A stretch of 64,000 bases of DNA, taken from positions 55 through 64,054 of the forward strand of contig JAUWCU010000003.1 of assembly GCA_030609135.1 (NCBI GenBank), written 5' to 3'. The notes below the pieces were generated by a model. The model was not told the DNA's origin and made no database searches. It was given only the letters and a program-made list of their open reading frames with translations. How positions within the stretch are numbered: the first letter of the stretch is position 1; each line of letters starts with the position of its first letter. Position numbers and translations under genes: made by a program. Shown here piece by piece: positions 1 through 8,434 of the stretch. The DNA is from Candidatus Stahliibacteriota bacterium (GTDB lineage Bacteria > Hydrothermota > Tepidihabitantia > SM23-42).

Positions 1-2372
1 GTAGCCGTATACGGGAACCCCGAATGATATGAGATTATGAAATCTGTGGAAAAATCCCTTAGTGGACTGAGATAGAAATCATCAGGGAGCATAATTCCAA
101 CGCTTGAATTTACAATGTGTCGTTCATCAAAATCCAACCAGTAATCAATCCGTGGTAAGGCGTATTCACCAGATATTGGATCCGGACCTCCAACATAAAC
201 ATCATAATAATGCTGCCAGGCATAAGAAGCAGTACCTTTGGCAAATTGCAATGTATAGGACAAATCAAAACGCCAGTAATCCAACATCTTTTTCTTGATA
301 GTAAATTCAATACCTTTTACATTACCGTAGTCAACATTCGTAACCTGATAATAAGGATAAGGCTGGGACAGTACCCTACGTGTTTGAATGAGGTCGTAGA
401 TATCTTTGTAATAAGCAACAAAACCAAAGGCAAAAGCATCAGATATTTGATTCTCATAACCCAATTCATAGGCAATTGTTTTTTCAACTGTAAGGTCAGG
501 ATTGCCAAGGACTGAGTTATATCTATGGAGAAGTAACCAGACAACGACCGGATTGGTTGAACGATAGAGGTTGTGTGCTGTGGGGGTTTGAAAGAAATGC
601 CCATAATTGAACCGTAACTTTGATCTCTCGGTAATAGGCATTGAAAATCCGAGACGGGGAGAAAAACGCCATTTAGCTGGGTATTGAACCATGGTTGTGT
701 CATCCATGTCTGAAGGGTTGTTCAAACCACTTGCCTTTGAATCGAAATAGTCGTAGCGAAGACCGATTCGACAAATAATACCTTCAAAATCTACCCTGTC
801 CTGTAAATAGACGGCTATTTTCAAAGGGTTTTTTTCATAAATGTCCCAGAAAGGGATTCTTGCCCAGGGCAGGTTATTGTCAAACCAGCCCACATTTTGA
901 GACATCAGGCTAACCCCGGATTTAACTTCGTGTATTTTAGCGATTGATTTTGTGATAGAAAAAACTCCTTGATAATCACGGTTATATAAATACCTCCAGA
1001 GCCTATTATCGCCTACAGTATAATAAAAACCGGTTGCTCCAAACGGGTTATTTCTTAAACTTGCAGCATTACGCTTACTCCATTCCTCGTAATAATTCAT
1101 CATGGAATCAACAAGATAAAGTTTTATCAAGGAATCATCTTCCATTTCCATTAACAGTTCAGGAAAGTGGTTGGCTTTAAAAATGTAGTCATCATACCAT
1201 TGCCTGTTCGCAGCTGCTTCTGCTTCGAGATCTCTTACTGCGTAAAACCGGATTGATTTTGTGTAACCCAGTTTCGATTCCAAAACAGTATTCTTTGTTA
1301 ACATATAATTAAACGTCACACTGGCGAGATAATTCTTCAGAGTTTCCGCCGTATTACGTTCAAGATTGTATATGAAGCTGAGATTACCCCAGATGTCTTT
1401 GTAGTGTGCGAACTGTTCACGGGAATAGAATCCGGAAAGAGTAACCTTGCCTTTTGCACCGGGCAGACGATAAGATACTTTTCCACCTAACTTGTAATCA
1501 AACCTTTCAGATTGAATTTTATATTTTGCTGCTTCAAACGCATCAGTTATCAGTGCTTCACCCGAGATAAAATATCTAAAACGGGATTTCTCCAATGCTC
1601 CACCCCCGAGGCTTATCTCATAAAGATTGTATCCATAATTTATTTTATCCGAAGCAAAGACCTCGTCGGTAGTATAACGGAATCTGCCACTTGGTTTCGC
1701 AGAGCCTTCACGCGTTATGATGCTAACGATTCCGGATAGAGCTTCACCGTATTCTGCGTCAAAGCCCCCCGTGGTTATTGCAATTTCTTCAACCGCTTGT
1801 TTATTTATTTTCACTGACTGATGACCATAATGCGGTGCTTTAGTGAGTATTCCATCAACATAATAGGCGATTTCTGTATCCCGACCGCCCCGGACATGAA
1901 TTCCTCTTTCACTGGTTGATACACCTGCCTGCAGGGTGATAATTTCGTTAATATCGCTTATCGGCATCATGTCAATATCGTCACCCGTTATGGTCCTCTG
2001 GGTCTGCGTCTGGGTTTTAATAACCAAGGGTCTTTCCGCGTTAACAACTATTGGTTCCATGGTAATTACTGCGGGGCTCAGCGTAAAATTAACAAAAACT
2101 GTCTGGTCGGAAAAAACAATGGTGTTGGATTTCGACACCGTGTTATAACCCAAATAAGACGCGGTTATTGTATGCATACCCACTGGGACAAAAGGTACGA
2201 TGAATTCGCCCTCCAGATCAGTGGCAGCACCCAATTCTGTTTTTTCAATTACGACGTTCACCCCAACTAAGGCTTCGCCATCTTCATCAATTACTTTTCC
2301 TTTTACTTGTCCTGTATTCGATGCTATTACAAAAGAGAAGATTACACAAACCGCGATAAAACATCTCTTCAT
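1..2372 (-). CDS. TonB-dependent outer-membrane receptor with N-terminal CarboxypepD_reg-like domain; C-terminus lies beyond the window edge
   Basis: Not in ORF track (no stop inside window). Hand translation from ATG at 2372 (GGAGGT 4 nt upstream): MKRCFIAVCVIFSFVIASNTGQVKGKVIDEDGEALVGVNVVIEKTELGAATDLEGEF.., then plug-like ..TITGDDIDMMPISDINEIITLQAGV..IHVRGGRDTE..FDAEYGEALSGIVSIITREG. The same frame was checked open at nt 3-116; the middle was not fully verified. Confidence 0.8.
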   Translation of the reverse strand, partial: MKRCFIAVCVIFSFVIASNTGQVKGKVIDEDGEALVGVNVVIEKTELGAATDLEGEFIVPFVPVGMHTITASYLGYNTVSKSNTIVFSDQTVFVNFTLSPAVITMEPIVVNAERPLVIKTQTQTQRTITGDDIDMMPISDINEIITLQAGVSTSERGIHVRGGRDTEIAYYVDGILTKAPHYGHQSVKINKQAVEEIAITTGGFDAEYGEALSGIVSIITREGSAKPSGRFRYTTDEVFASDKINYGYNLYEISLGGGALEKSRFRYFISGEALITDAFEAAKYKIQSERFDYKLGGKVSYRLPGAKGKVTLSGFYSREQFAHYKDIWGNLSFIYNLERNTAETLKNYLASVTFNYMLTKNTVLESKLGYTKSIRFYAVRDLEAEAAANRQWYDDYIFKANHFPELLMEMEDDSLIKLYLVDSMMNYYEEWSKRNAASLRNNPFGATGFYYTVGDNRLWRYLYNRDYQGVFSITKSIAKIHEVKSGVSLMSQNVGWFDNNLPWARIPFWDIYEKNPLKIAVYLQDRVDFEGIICRIGLRYDYFDSKASGLNNPSDMDDTTMVQYPAKWRFSPRLGFSMPITERSKLRFNYGHFFQTPTAHNLYRSTNPVVVWLLLHRYNSVLGNPDLTVEKTIAYELGYENQISDAFAFGFVAYYKDIYDLIQTRRVLSQPYPYYQVTNVDYGNVKGIEFTIKKKMLDYWRFDLSYTLQFAKGTASYAWQHYYDVYVGGPDPISGEYALPRIDYWLDFDERHIVNSSVGIMLPDDFYLSPLRDFSTDFIISYHSGFPYTA

Positions 2373-2392
2373 ACTTACCTCCAATTATAAAT

Positions 2393-2420
2393 ATATTAAC
2401 AAAAAATATACTTAAGTCAA
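2393..2420 (-). promoter_or_regulatory. sigma70-type promoter of the TonB receptor gene
   Basis: Minus strand reads TTGACT-N16-TAATAT, followed by a 20-nt leader with GGAGGT. Confidence 0.55.
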
Positions 2421-2451
2421 GACCCAATAATCAAACGACCGAGAATTAAAA

Positions 2452-2514
2452 GTAGGGCATTTAAGCCCAGTATATCTCGAAGTTTTGAAGATGTGAGGCT
2501 CAGAACCTCTGAAC
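2452..2514 (+). repeat. 63-nt repeat unit (GTAGGGC hairpin + TTTGAAGATGTGAGGCTCAGAACCTCTGAAC); second copy at 24992..25054
   Basis: Near-identical 3' half in both copies, read by eye. The 5' part is a GTAG-headed hairpin: gtagggcatttaagccc vs gtaggggctttagcccc. Confidence 0.8.
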
Positions 2515-2529
2515 AGATTGTTTAATAGC

Positions 2530-2652
2530 TGTAGTTGTCCAATTCATTGGACTGCCCGATAAATCCCGCAATCCTATTTATAGAATCTTGATACGAAACG
2601 GGATAAATCCCGCAATTCTATTTATAAAATCTTAATACGAAGCGGGATAAAT
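2530..2652 (+). repeat. Composite repeat: GTAG-headed hairpin (tgtagttgtccaattcattggac) followed by two overlapping tandem copies of a 51-nt nested-hairpin unit (2558..2608, 2602..2652)
   Basis: Unit is GATAAATCCCGC-aattctatttatagaatt-ataatacga-aGCGGGATAAAT: outer stem atcccgc/gcgggat, inner stem aattcta/tagaatt. Six copies in the window: 2558, 2602, 8377, 29639, 32243 and 36744 (reverse). Confidence 0.85.
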
Positions 2653-2737
2653 CATCTGTCTGCCTCAGGCTGAGGCGACTACAATTGATTGAATCATAAG
2701 TGATTGGAAGTCACGCTGGCGCTGTGATTGTTAAAAA

Positions 2738-2797
2738 GGGAGAGGGAAAAAGCCTGCTCTGAACCTTGTGCTGAATATCATTTCAGTATTGTTTCAG
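2738..2797 (+). repeat. ~58-nt repeat GGGAGrGrAAAAAGCyTGCyCTGAACCTTGTGCTGAATATCATTTCAGTATTGTTTCAG; inverted copy at 25566..25622
   Basis: The reverse complement of 25566..25622 matches this stretch with a few substitutions. Confidence 0.8.
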
Positions 2798-2838
2798 AGG
2801 TGAGGGATAAAGATGTGTTCAAGTTTCTGTTATTAGTA

Positions 2839-2866
2839 TTGACATAAGAGAAGCGCTAATTATAAT
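2839..2866 (+). promoter_or_regulatory. sigma70-type promoter of the 856-aa hydrolase gene
   Basis: TTGACA (2839)-N16-TATAAT (2861), 14 nt before ATG 2881. A conserved box GGGATAAAGATGTGTTCAAGTTTCT (2804..2828) lies 10 nt upstream of the -35. Confidence 0.65.
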
Positions 2867-2880
2867 CATTATACGGTCAT

Positions 2881-5451
2881 ATGAATTATCATATTATTTT
2901 AGTGCTTTTCATAAATAATCTTTCATTTATCCCTGGTATTAACGATACAATTACAATACACCAGTGGCAATATCTGGGTCCTTTTTCAATGGGGATGCGT
3001 GAGGGGATCATCGGCGTCGAGGAAAATATTAGACTTCTTGAGGATTTTGAGCCAGATAAAAGGTCGATATATCCAAGTCTTCTCGTGCAGGGCGGCAAAG
3101 TCATGTGGCGAACAATAGAATCTGCTAATGGAATAGTTAAGATCGAATATGAAAATGTCTTATGGGATAGTATTCAGGATTATTATGGTGCTGCCGGAGT
3201 TCTCTGCGGCGCTTATGCCTACGGTGATTTTAGTAGCGGCAGCACAAGGAGAGCATTGGTTATTGCACAAGATGTTTCTTCCTTCATCTTGAACGGCGTG
3301 AAATTCCCGGGTGATCCCTATAGCAATGGATTTTTGCAGGTCCCGGTTGTTCTAAACGAGGGAAAGAACAGAGTAATAGTCAAACTCAGCGGGTTTGGGG
3401 ACCATGAATTCACATTTAAACTCATCCCCGTACCAGGTCCTTTAATGTTGATAACCAAAGATATTACTACACCGGATTTTTTAAGGGGTGAACCGGTATG
3501 TGCCTGGGCAGGGATACCGATTGTCAATGCGACAAATCAGAGACTCTTTGATATTCAACTTAAAATAGAAGGCGTGAACATTAAAACAGACATTCAAACG
3601 GTTGCTAATATAATGCCTTTTTCAGCGGTTAAGATACCATTGAACATCGAATCAGAAGATAAAATAGAGACAGAAGAGGATAGCATTCTGATAACTATAA
3701 CGGCTTCCTTTGACACTTTTTCTACACAAGAAGATTTCTGGATCAAAGTGAAGCATAGAGATGAAGCATATGTTAAGACCTTTGTCTCTAATATAGATAA
3801 TTCATGCCAATACTATGCGATTCTGCCACCAGAAAACTATAATGAAGATTCATCTTATGCCCTCATAATGACTTGTCATGGAGCCAGTGTTAAGGCAAGA
3901 GGTCAGGTGAAAGCCTATACACAGAAGGATTGGGCTTTTGTCGTTGCGCCGACTAATCGCCGCAGGTTTGGTTTTGACTGGCAGGATTGGGGTAGACTCG
4001 ATTTTCTTGAGGTTCTGGAAGATGTTAAGAAGAATTTCAAGATTGATACAAATAGAATCTATCTTACTGGACATTCTATGGGTGGCCATGGTGCCTGGCA
4101 TATCGGCATAACCCATCCAGATATCTTCGCGGCAATGGCACCTTCTGCTGGATGGACCAGCTTTCAACTCTATGTCCCGTGGTTTCTTCAAAAAAGTGAG
4201 CTCTTTGCGCATCCTGATCTGATAAAGTATCGCGATATGGTATTGCGACAAGACAATCCGCTTTTATTCCTGGAAAACGCATATAATCTGCCGATCTATA
4301 TCTTGCAAGGCGGAACTGATGACAATGTGCCTCCAATCCAGGCAAGAATGTTCTGCAAATATCTGACCAATCTTGGCTATGATTATATATACAACGAGCT
4401 TGAGGGCAAAGGTCACTGGTGGAATATAGATTCCACGCCAGGTACTGACTGTGTGGATTTAAAAGAAATGATGGATTTTCTGAAAACCAAGGTGCGCAAC
4501 CCCTACCCTGAACGTATAATCTTCAAAACCTCAGATGTTGACTGTTCAAATAAGGCATACTGGGTGAGGATCGATGAACTTGAAAATCTATACCAGGATG
4601 GGATAATAGATATTTGGAAAACTGGAATGATAGGAGATCACACCGTGTTTTCAGTGGGACCACGCATTGGGTTCTTGGTGAAAACGAGCAACATAAACGG
4701 ATTCACCGTAGTATTAAATGATAAGGTTATTCCTAAAAGCATGCTAGGTGGAAAAATATGGTTTGAAATTAATGGTCAAAAAATTGCCTTCGACTATAAA
4801 GAAATAAGCGAAATTTCCTTCCACAAAAACAATGTGGGATTTGAAATCGTCAAACCGAAAGACCAAGGCTTGAAAAAACAGAAAAGGTTTTATGGACCTA
4901 TAAAAAAGGCATATTTTGAGCCTTTTGTTCTTGTCTATGGCACAACTGGAGATTCGGTTTCGACCGAGAACAACCTTCACCAAGCACGATTACAGTCTTA
5001 TACCTGGTGGTATCGGGCAAATGGATTTGTTGAGATACTGCCTGACACTGAAGTTACCGAAAAAATTATCAAAAACTATAACCTTGTTCTCTTTGGGAAT
5101 CCTGTAACTAACTCCATTCTCAAGTGGATTAGCTACAGATTACCTCTTCATATTGAAGAAGGTAGAGTGATTGTTGATAGAGATACAATAAGGGGGGATC
5201 TCTGTCTTGTAGAAATATATCCCAACCCTCTAAACCCTGAAAAATTCGTATTATTATATTCAGCAACTACAAAACCCGCAGAGAAATTAATCGGTCTATT
5301 TTCCACACTTTATGCAGGTGCCGGTTTACCTGATTTTCTTGTTTATGATAAATCAGCGCTTAAATACGGATGGGGTGGTGTAAACGCAGCCGGTTTTTTT
5401 GACAAAGACTGGAAATTTGATAGTAAATTGAGTTACTACTCAGAACCTTAA
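2881..5451 (+). CDS. Large alpha/beta-hydrolase-fold protein (prolyl-oligopeptidase/esterase-like serine hydrolase core) with long unassigned N- and C-terminal regions
   Basis: 856-aa ORF. Nucleophile elbow LTGHSMGGHGAW; later ..YILQGGTDDNVPP.. and ..GKGHWW.. fit Asp/His triad positions. No motif recognised in the first ~330 or last ~300 aa. Confidence 0.6.
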   Translation: MNYHIILVLFINNLSFIPGINDTITIHQWQYLGPFSMGMREGIIGVEENIRLLEDFEPDKRSIYPSLLVQGGKVMWRTIESANGIVKIEYENVLWDSIQDYYGAAGVLCGAYAYGDFSSGSTRRALVIAQDVSSFILNGVKFPGDPYSNGFLQVPVVLNEGKNRVIVKLSGFGDHEFTFKLIPVPGPLMLITKDITTPDFLRGEPVCAWAGIPIVNATNQRLFDIQLKIEGVNIKTDIQTVANIMPFSAVKIPLNIESEDKIETEEDSILITITASFDTFSTQEDFWIKVKHRDEAYVKTFVSNIDNSCQYYAILPPENYNEDSSYALIMTCHGASVKARGQVKAYTQKDWAFVVAPTNRRRFGFDWQDWGRLDFLEVLEDVKKNFKIDTNRIYLTGHSMGGHGAWHIGITHPDIFAAMAPSAGWTSFQLYVPWFLQKSELFAHPDLIKYRDMVLRQDNPLLFLENAYNLPIYILQGGTDDNVPPIQARMFCKYLTNLGYDYIYNELEGKGHWWNIDSTPGTDCVDLKEMMDFLKTKVRNPYPERIIFKTSDVDCSNKAYWVRIDELENLYQDGIIDIWKTGMIGDHTVFSVGPRIGFLVKTSNINGFTVVLNDKVIPKSMLGGKIWFEINGQKIAFDYKEISEISFHKNNVGFEIVKPKDQGLKKQKRFYGPIKKAYFEPFVLVYGTTGDSVSTENNLHQARLQSYTWWYRANGFVEILPDTEVTEKIIKNYNLVLFGNPVTNSILKWISYRLPLHIEEGRVIVDRDTIRGDLCLVEIYPNPLNPEKFVLLYSATTKPAEKLIGLFSTLYAGAGLPDFLVYDKSALKYGWGGVNAAGFFDKDWKFDSKLSYYSEP

Positions 5452-5498
5452 ATAGTTTAATTTGATAGTTCTCCATAGCTTGCTACAGAGTTTCTTCT

Positions 5499-5578
5499 GT
5501 CATTCCCTGGCTTGACCAGGGAATCCAGGAAAATAAGGAAATACAAAAGACTGGATTCCGCCTCAGGTGCGGAATGAC
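5499..5578. repeat. 80-nt double-hairpin palindromic element between convergent genes (possible bidirectional terminator)
   Basis: GTCATTCC-ctggcttgaccag-GGAATCCAG ... CTGGATTCC-gcctcaggtgc-GGAATGAC. A related unit lies at 32418..32447. Confidence 0.7.
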
Positions 5579-5645
5579 GACATACATTGAGCAGTATTTG
5601 ATTAAACTATTTAATGTTCTCCGTAATATATTGAGGATTGAGCAT

Positions 5646-6902
5646 TTACACCAATTCTATCCCCTTCTGTTCCTTTCTGAAAAATGCAAATATTATTACT
5701 GTCGAAATCAAATAAAGTACGCTTGTCGATAAAAAGGGTATTGTGTAAGAAAAGCGCTCAATGAGAAACCCACCCACACTGGCACTAGCTCCCCACCCTG
5801 CGGTCCAGGCTATGACAAGTAAAGCATTGGTAAAAGCTTGTTCATCGTGTTTGACTTTTTCCATTGCAAAGTTGGTGAATAAAGGCTGGGCCATATTCAT
5901 TAGCGCCGCCCTAACAAGGAATGCTATAATAGCTAAGATAAAATTAGTTGTTAGCCCCAGAACTACTAAAAAGGGTATTGATACTAATTGTGAAACGACA
6001 ACGGTTCTTATCTTTCCAATTCTTTCTGCAATGACCGGCGCAATCAGCAAGCCTGTTATCATTAGTAATTGTTGGCCGCTATAGAGTATGCCGATGTAGC
6101 TGGTTCCGGTCTGGAATACGTTCTTAAAATAAAGATTTAGAAAAGGGATACTTAAACCTGCTCCAATGCCGACGACCAAGCCAGGCAAAAATAATTTTAG
6201 AATAAGTCGCCACGAATGAATTTTCATTTTCTCTACTTTGCCAACAGGTTTTTCTTTAATCATTGAATAGGGTAATAGTGCGATCAACACCAAACAGGCA
6301 AAAATATACAATGTGTATCTGTATGCAAGATAGGGTACAGTACCGGTTTGTTCAATAATACCTGGAAGAAAACCAGCTAAGAGACTACCGATGATACCGG
6401 CAACGAGCATGAGCGCGAACTGCATGCTGAACAGATAAGGTCTTTCTTTTTGGGTGCTATTGCGCATGAAAAATGGTGCGGAGGCAACCCTTGAGAAAAC
6501 CGCAGCTAAACCAGCCATAAACCCACCGGCGATAATCAAATGATATGTTGATACACTTACCTGGATTAGGTAGGAGAATGTTGCAATCGGTGTGGCAATT
6601 AAGAGGATACGTTTTATTGGAACCCTTCTAATCAATACTGAAGCAGGTAATGCCATTATAAGCGTACCCAGCGTTGTTGCAGTTATTATGTTGCCGATTC
6701 GACTTTCCAGAAAGCCCATTTCTTTAAGGTAGAGGTTGAAAAGCAACATAAAACCAGAAAACCCCATACCCATAAAGAATGTCCCGATAAGGAATAATCG
6801 GGCATTTATTGAAAACAAACCTAGGTTATTTAGGTAATTGGAAATACCCCTTACTTTTGCGGAGCTGGTTTTGTTCTTTGGTCGGAACTCTTGGCTCGTC
6901 AA
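5646..6902 (-). CDS. MFS transporter
   Basis: 418-aa ORF with ~12 hydrophobic segments in a typical MFS layout. It overlaps the thi4 stop by 4 nt (operon). Confidence 0.75.
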   Translation of the reverse strand: MTSQEFRPKNKTSSAKVRGISNYLNNLGLFSINARLFLIGTFFMGMGFSGFMLLFNLYLKEMGFLESRIGNIITATTLGTLIMALPASVLIRRVPIKRILLIATPIATFSYLIQVSVSTYHLIIAGGFMAGLAAVFSRVASAPFFMRNSTQKERPYLFSMQFALMLVAGIIGSLLAGFLPGIIEQTGTVPYLAYRYTLYIFACLVLIALLPYSMIKEKPVGKVEKMKIHSWRLILKLFLPGLVVGIGAGLSIPFLNLYFKNVFQTGTSYIGILYSGQQLLMITGLLIAPVIAERIGKIRTVVVSQLVSIPFLVVLGLTTNFILAIIAFLVRAALMNMAQPLFTNFAMEKVKHDEQAFTNALLVIAWTAGWGASASVGGFLIERFSYTIPFLSTSVLYLISTVIIFAFFRKEQKGIELV

Positions 6903-7669
6903 AGTTTTTTAATCACTATTTCAGCGACTTTTTTACCCGACAATAGCATGCCGCCAAAAATAGGACCCATCCTTGGTCCACCAAATACGGCATTTGCTGC
7001 CATGCCAGTGACATATAAATTTGGAAAAACCTCCTTGGTATTTTGCATAGTTAATTGTTCAGCAACCTCTGCCCACATGGACTTTTCACCCTCGATTTTT
7101 CCTGAAGGTGTGAGCAGTTTACCGCCACTTTTCCTTTCGACAATATGAGCTATCTCGCACGGGTGACCAGTTGCATCGATCACTATCTTGGACTTGAAAG
7201 ATAATGGGTCAATATGCAGTTTTGCTAATTCAACGCTTGACCAGTTGATTACGACTCCGTTCACGCTATTCTCACGCACGATTACATCTTCTATGGATAG
7301 TAAATTGTAGATTCTCAAACCTGCCTTTATTGCTTTGTCAGTGAGACATGCGGTTGTCTCTAATGAGTTGGCAACGTAGTAGCCGGGCTGGTATTCATGA
7401 TAACCAATGCCGAATTCATCGAGCAAATGTTTTGCTTCATCTTGTACAACGATTCGATTGAACATGATACCGCCGCCTGGTAAACCACCACCAAGCTTGA
7501 GTCCCCGCTCAAAAAGTAGGGTTTTGTACCCTTTTTGCGCTAGATAATACCCGGCACAGAGTCCAGACGGTCCAGCACCACCGATTATGACATCGCTTTC
7601 AACTGAGCTGAGCAATTCCTTGAGATAGGTTTCGATTATCGCTTTTGTAATGACCGTTTCTTCGATCAT
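6899..7669 (-). CDS. thi4: Thi4-family thiazole biosynthesis enzyme
   Basis: 256 aa. GGAGPSGL dinucleotide-binding motif and ..IDATGH.. block. Size and layout match the Thi4/ribulose-1,5-bisphosphate-synthetase-like family. Confidence 0.8.
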   Translation of the reverse strand: MIEETVITKAIIETYLKELLSSVESDVIIGGAGPSGLCAGYYLAQKGYKTLLFERGLKLGGGLPGGGIMFNRIVVQDEAKHLLDEFGIGYHEYQPGYYVANSLETTACLTDKAIKAGLRIYNLLSIEDVIVRENSVNGVVINWSSVELAKLHIDPLSFKSKIVIDATGHPCEIAHIVERKSGGKLLTPSGKIEGEKSMWAEVAEQLTMQNTKEVFPNLYVTGMAANAVFGGPRMGPIFGGMLLSGKKVAEIVIKKL

Positions 7670-8151
7670 TTCAAGACCCCGAACCTTGCTCCTATAGAAA
7701 GTCGGAATGTTACATCAGTGTCGCCGTTATCAGTAATAATCACACCGGGTTCGACAAAAAGATTAGTTGCCCGGCTCCATGGATAGGTTAAACCTAAGCC
7801 GCCGCGGATTGAGAAAAGTGTGACTGAACCACCATTACCTATCATATTAAACCCAAAACCAGCATGTACGTAGGGTTGCGGACCCCGCATCGGGAAATAA
7901 ATAAGTGCATCAAGAGAGTTGCCAAAATTCAAGTAGAATTGTGTGTAATTACCAAAACTGAGTTCTGTAAGACCAAAACGAAAACTTACTGTTTTCAAGG
8001 GGTTGAATATAACATCACAGCCGAGTCCAAAACGCACACTGCCAATATAAAGACTAACCTTTGGTTCAACCTCAACCAATGATCTGTAGCGTTTGGCATC
8101 CGCTGCCACAACAAAGAGCAGTATTGCACCAATGATAAGAATCTTCTTCAT
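7666..8151 (-). CDS. Small outer-membrane beta-barrel-like protein (signal peptide)
   Basis: Start moved to ATG 8151 (AGGAGG 5 nt upstream). Signal peptide [19 protein letters not shown]; Gly/aromatic-rich alternating pattern. Function is inferred only. Confidence 0.45.
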   Translation of the reverse strand: MKKILIIGAILLFVVAADAKRYRSLVEVEPKVSLYIGSVRFGLGCDVIFNPLKTVSFRFGLTELSFGNYTQFYLNFGNSLDALIYFPMRGPQPYVHAGFGFNMIGNGGSVTLFSIRGGLGLTYPWSRATNLFVEPGVIITDNGDTDVTFRLSIGARFGVLK

Positions 8152-8175
8152 ACATCCTCCTTTTTTCATTATGTA

Positions 8176-8203
8176 ATTCTATATACATTTAGTTAAATTT
8201 CAA
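8176..8203 (-). promoter_or_regulatory. promoter of the OMP-thi4-MFS operon
   Basis: Minus strand reads TTGAAA-N16-TAGAAT. The predicted TSS is near 8169, giving a short SD-containing leader. Confidence 0.5.
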
Positions 8204-8222
8204 GGGTTATTTATCCGCACTT

Positions 8223-8271
8223 TGTAGTTGCTCGATTCATCGAGCATTGCCTGATAAATCAGGGGACTACA
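8223..8271 (+). repeat. REPIN-like doublet: TGTAGTTGC-tcgattcatcga-GCATTGCC-tgataaatca-GGGGACTACA
   Basis: GTAG head and inverted CTAC tail enclose two hairpins. Confidence 0.75.
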
Positions 8272-8333
8272 TTATGCCTGATTCAGCGTGGGCTTGAGCG
8301 TGGAAAGTGTAGTTGCTCGATTTGCCCATACTT

Positions 8334-8427
8334 TGTAGTTGCCCAATTTATTGGGCTTATGGCCATGTTCATGTCCGATAAATCCCGCAATTCTATTTAT
8401 AGAATTATAATACGAAGCGGGATAAAT
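8334..8427 (+). repeat. GTAG-headed hairpin (tgtagttgcccaatttattgggc) plus a 51-nt nested-hairpin unit (8377..8427)
   Basis: Same composite as at 2530..2608 and 32212..32293. The unit ends 8 nt from the alaS stop codon. Confidence 0.85.
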
Positions 8428-8434
8428 CGGAGAA

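Noticed and set aside
2558-2652. CRISPR array (tandem 51-nt units here and dispersed copies elsewhere)
   Set aside because: Only two overlapping copies occur with no spacers. The other copies are solitary and in both orientations. No cas genes are present and no regular repeat-spacer periodicity is seen anywhere in the window.
8170-8434. Possible TPP riboswitch upstream of the OMP-thi4 operon
   Set aside because: I read the minus strand for the CUGAGA / ACCUGAUCUGGAUAAUGCCAGCG core. Only a vague ctgaatcaggcataatg resemblance occurs, inside a REPIN-like unit, and there is no CUGAGA element. Not supported without a covariance-model search.
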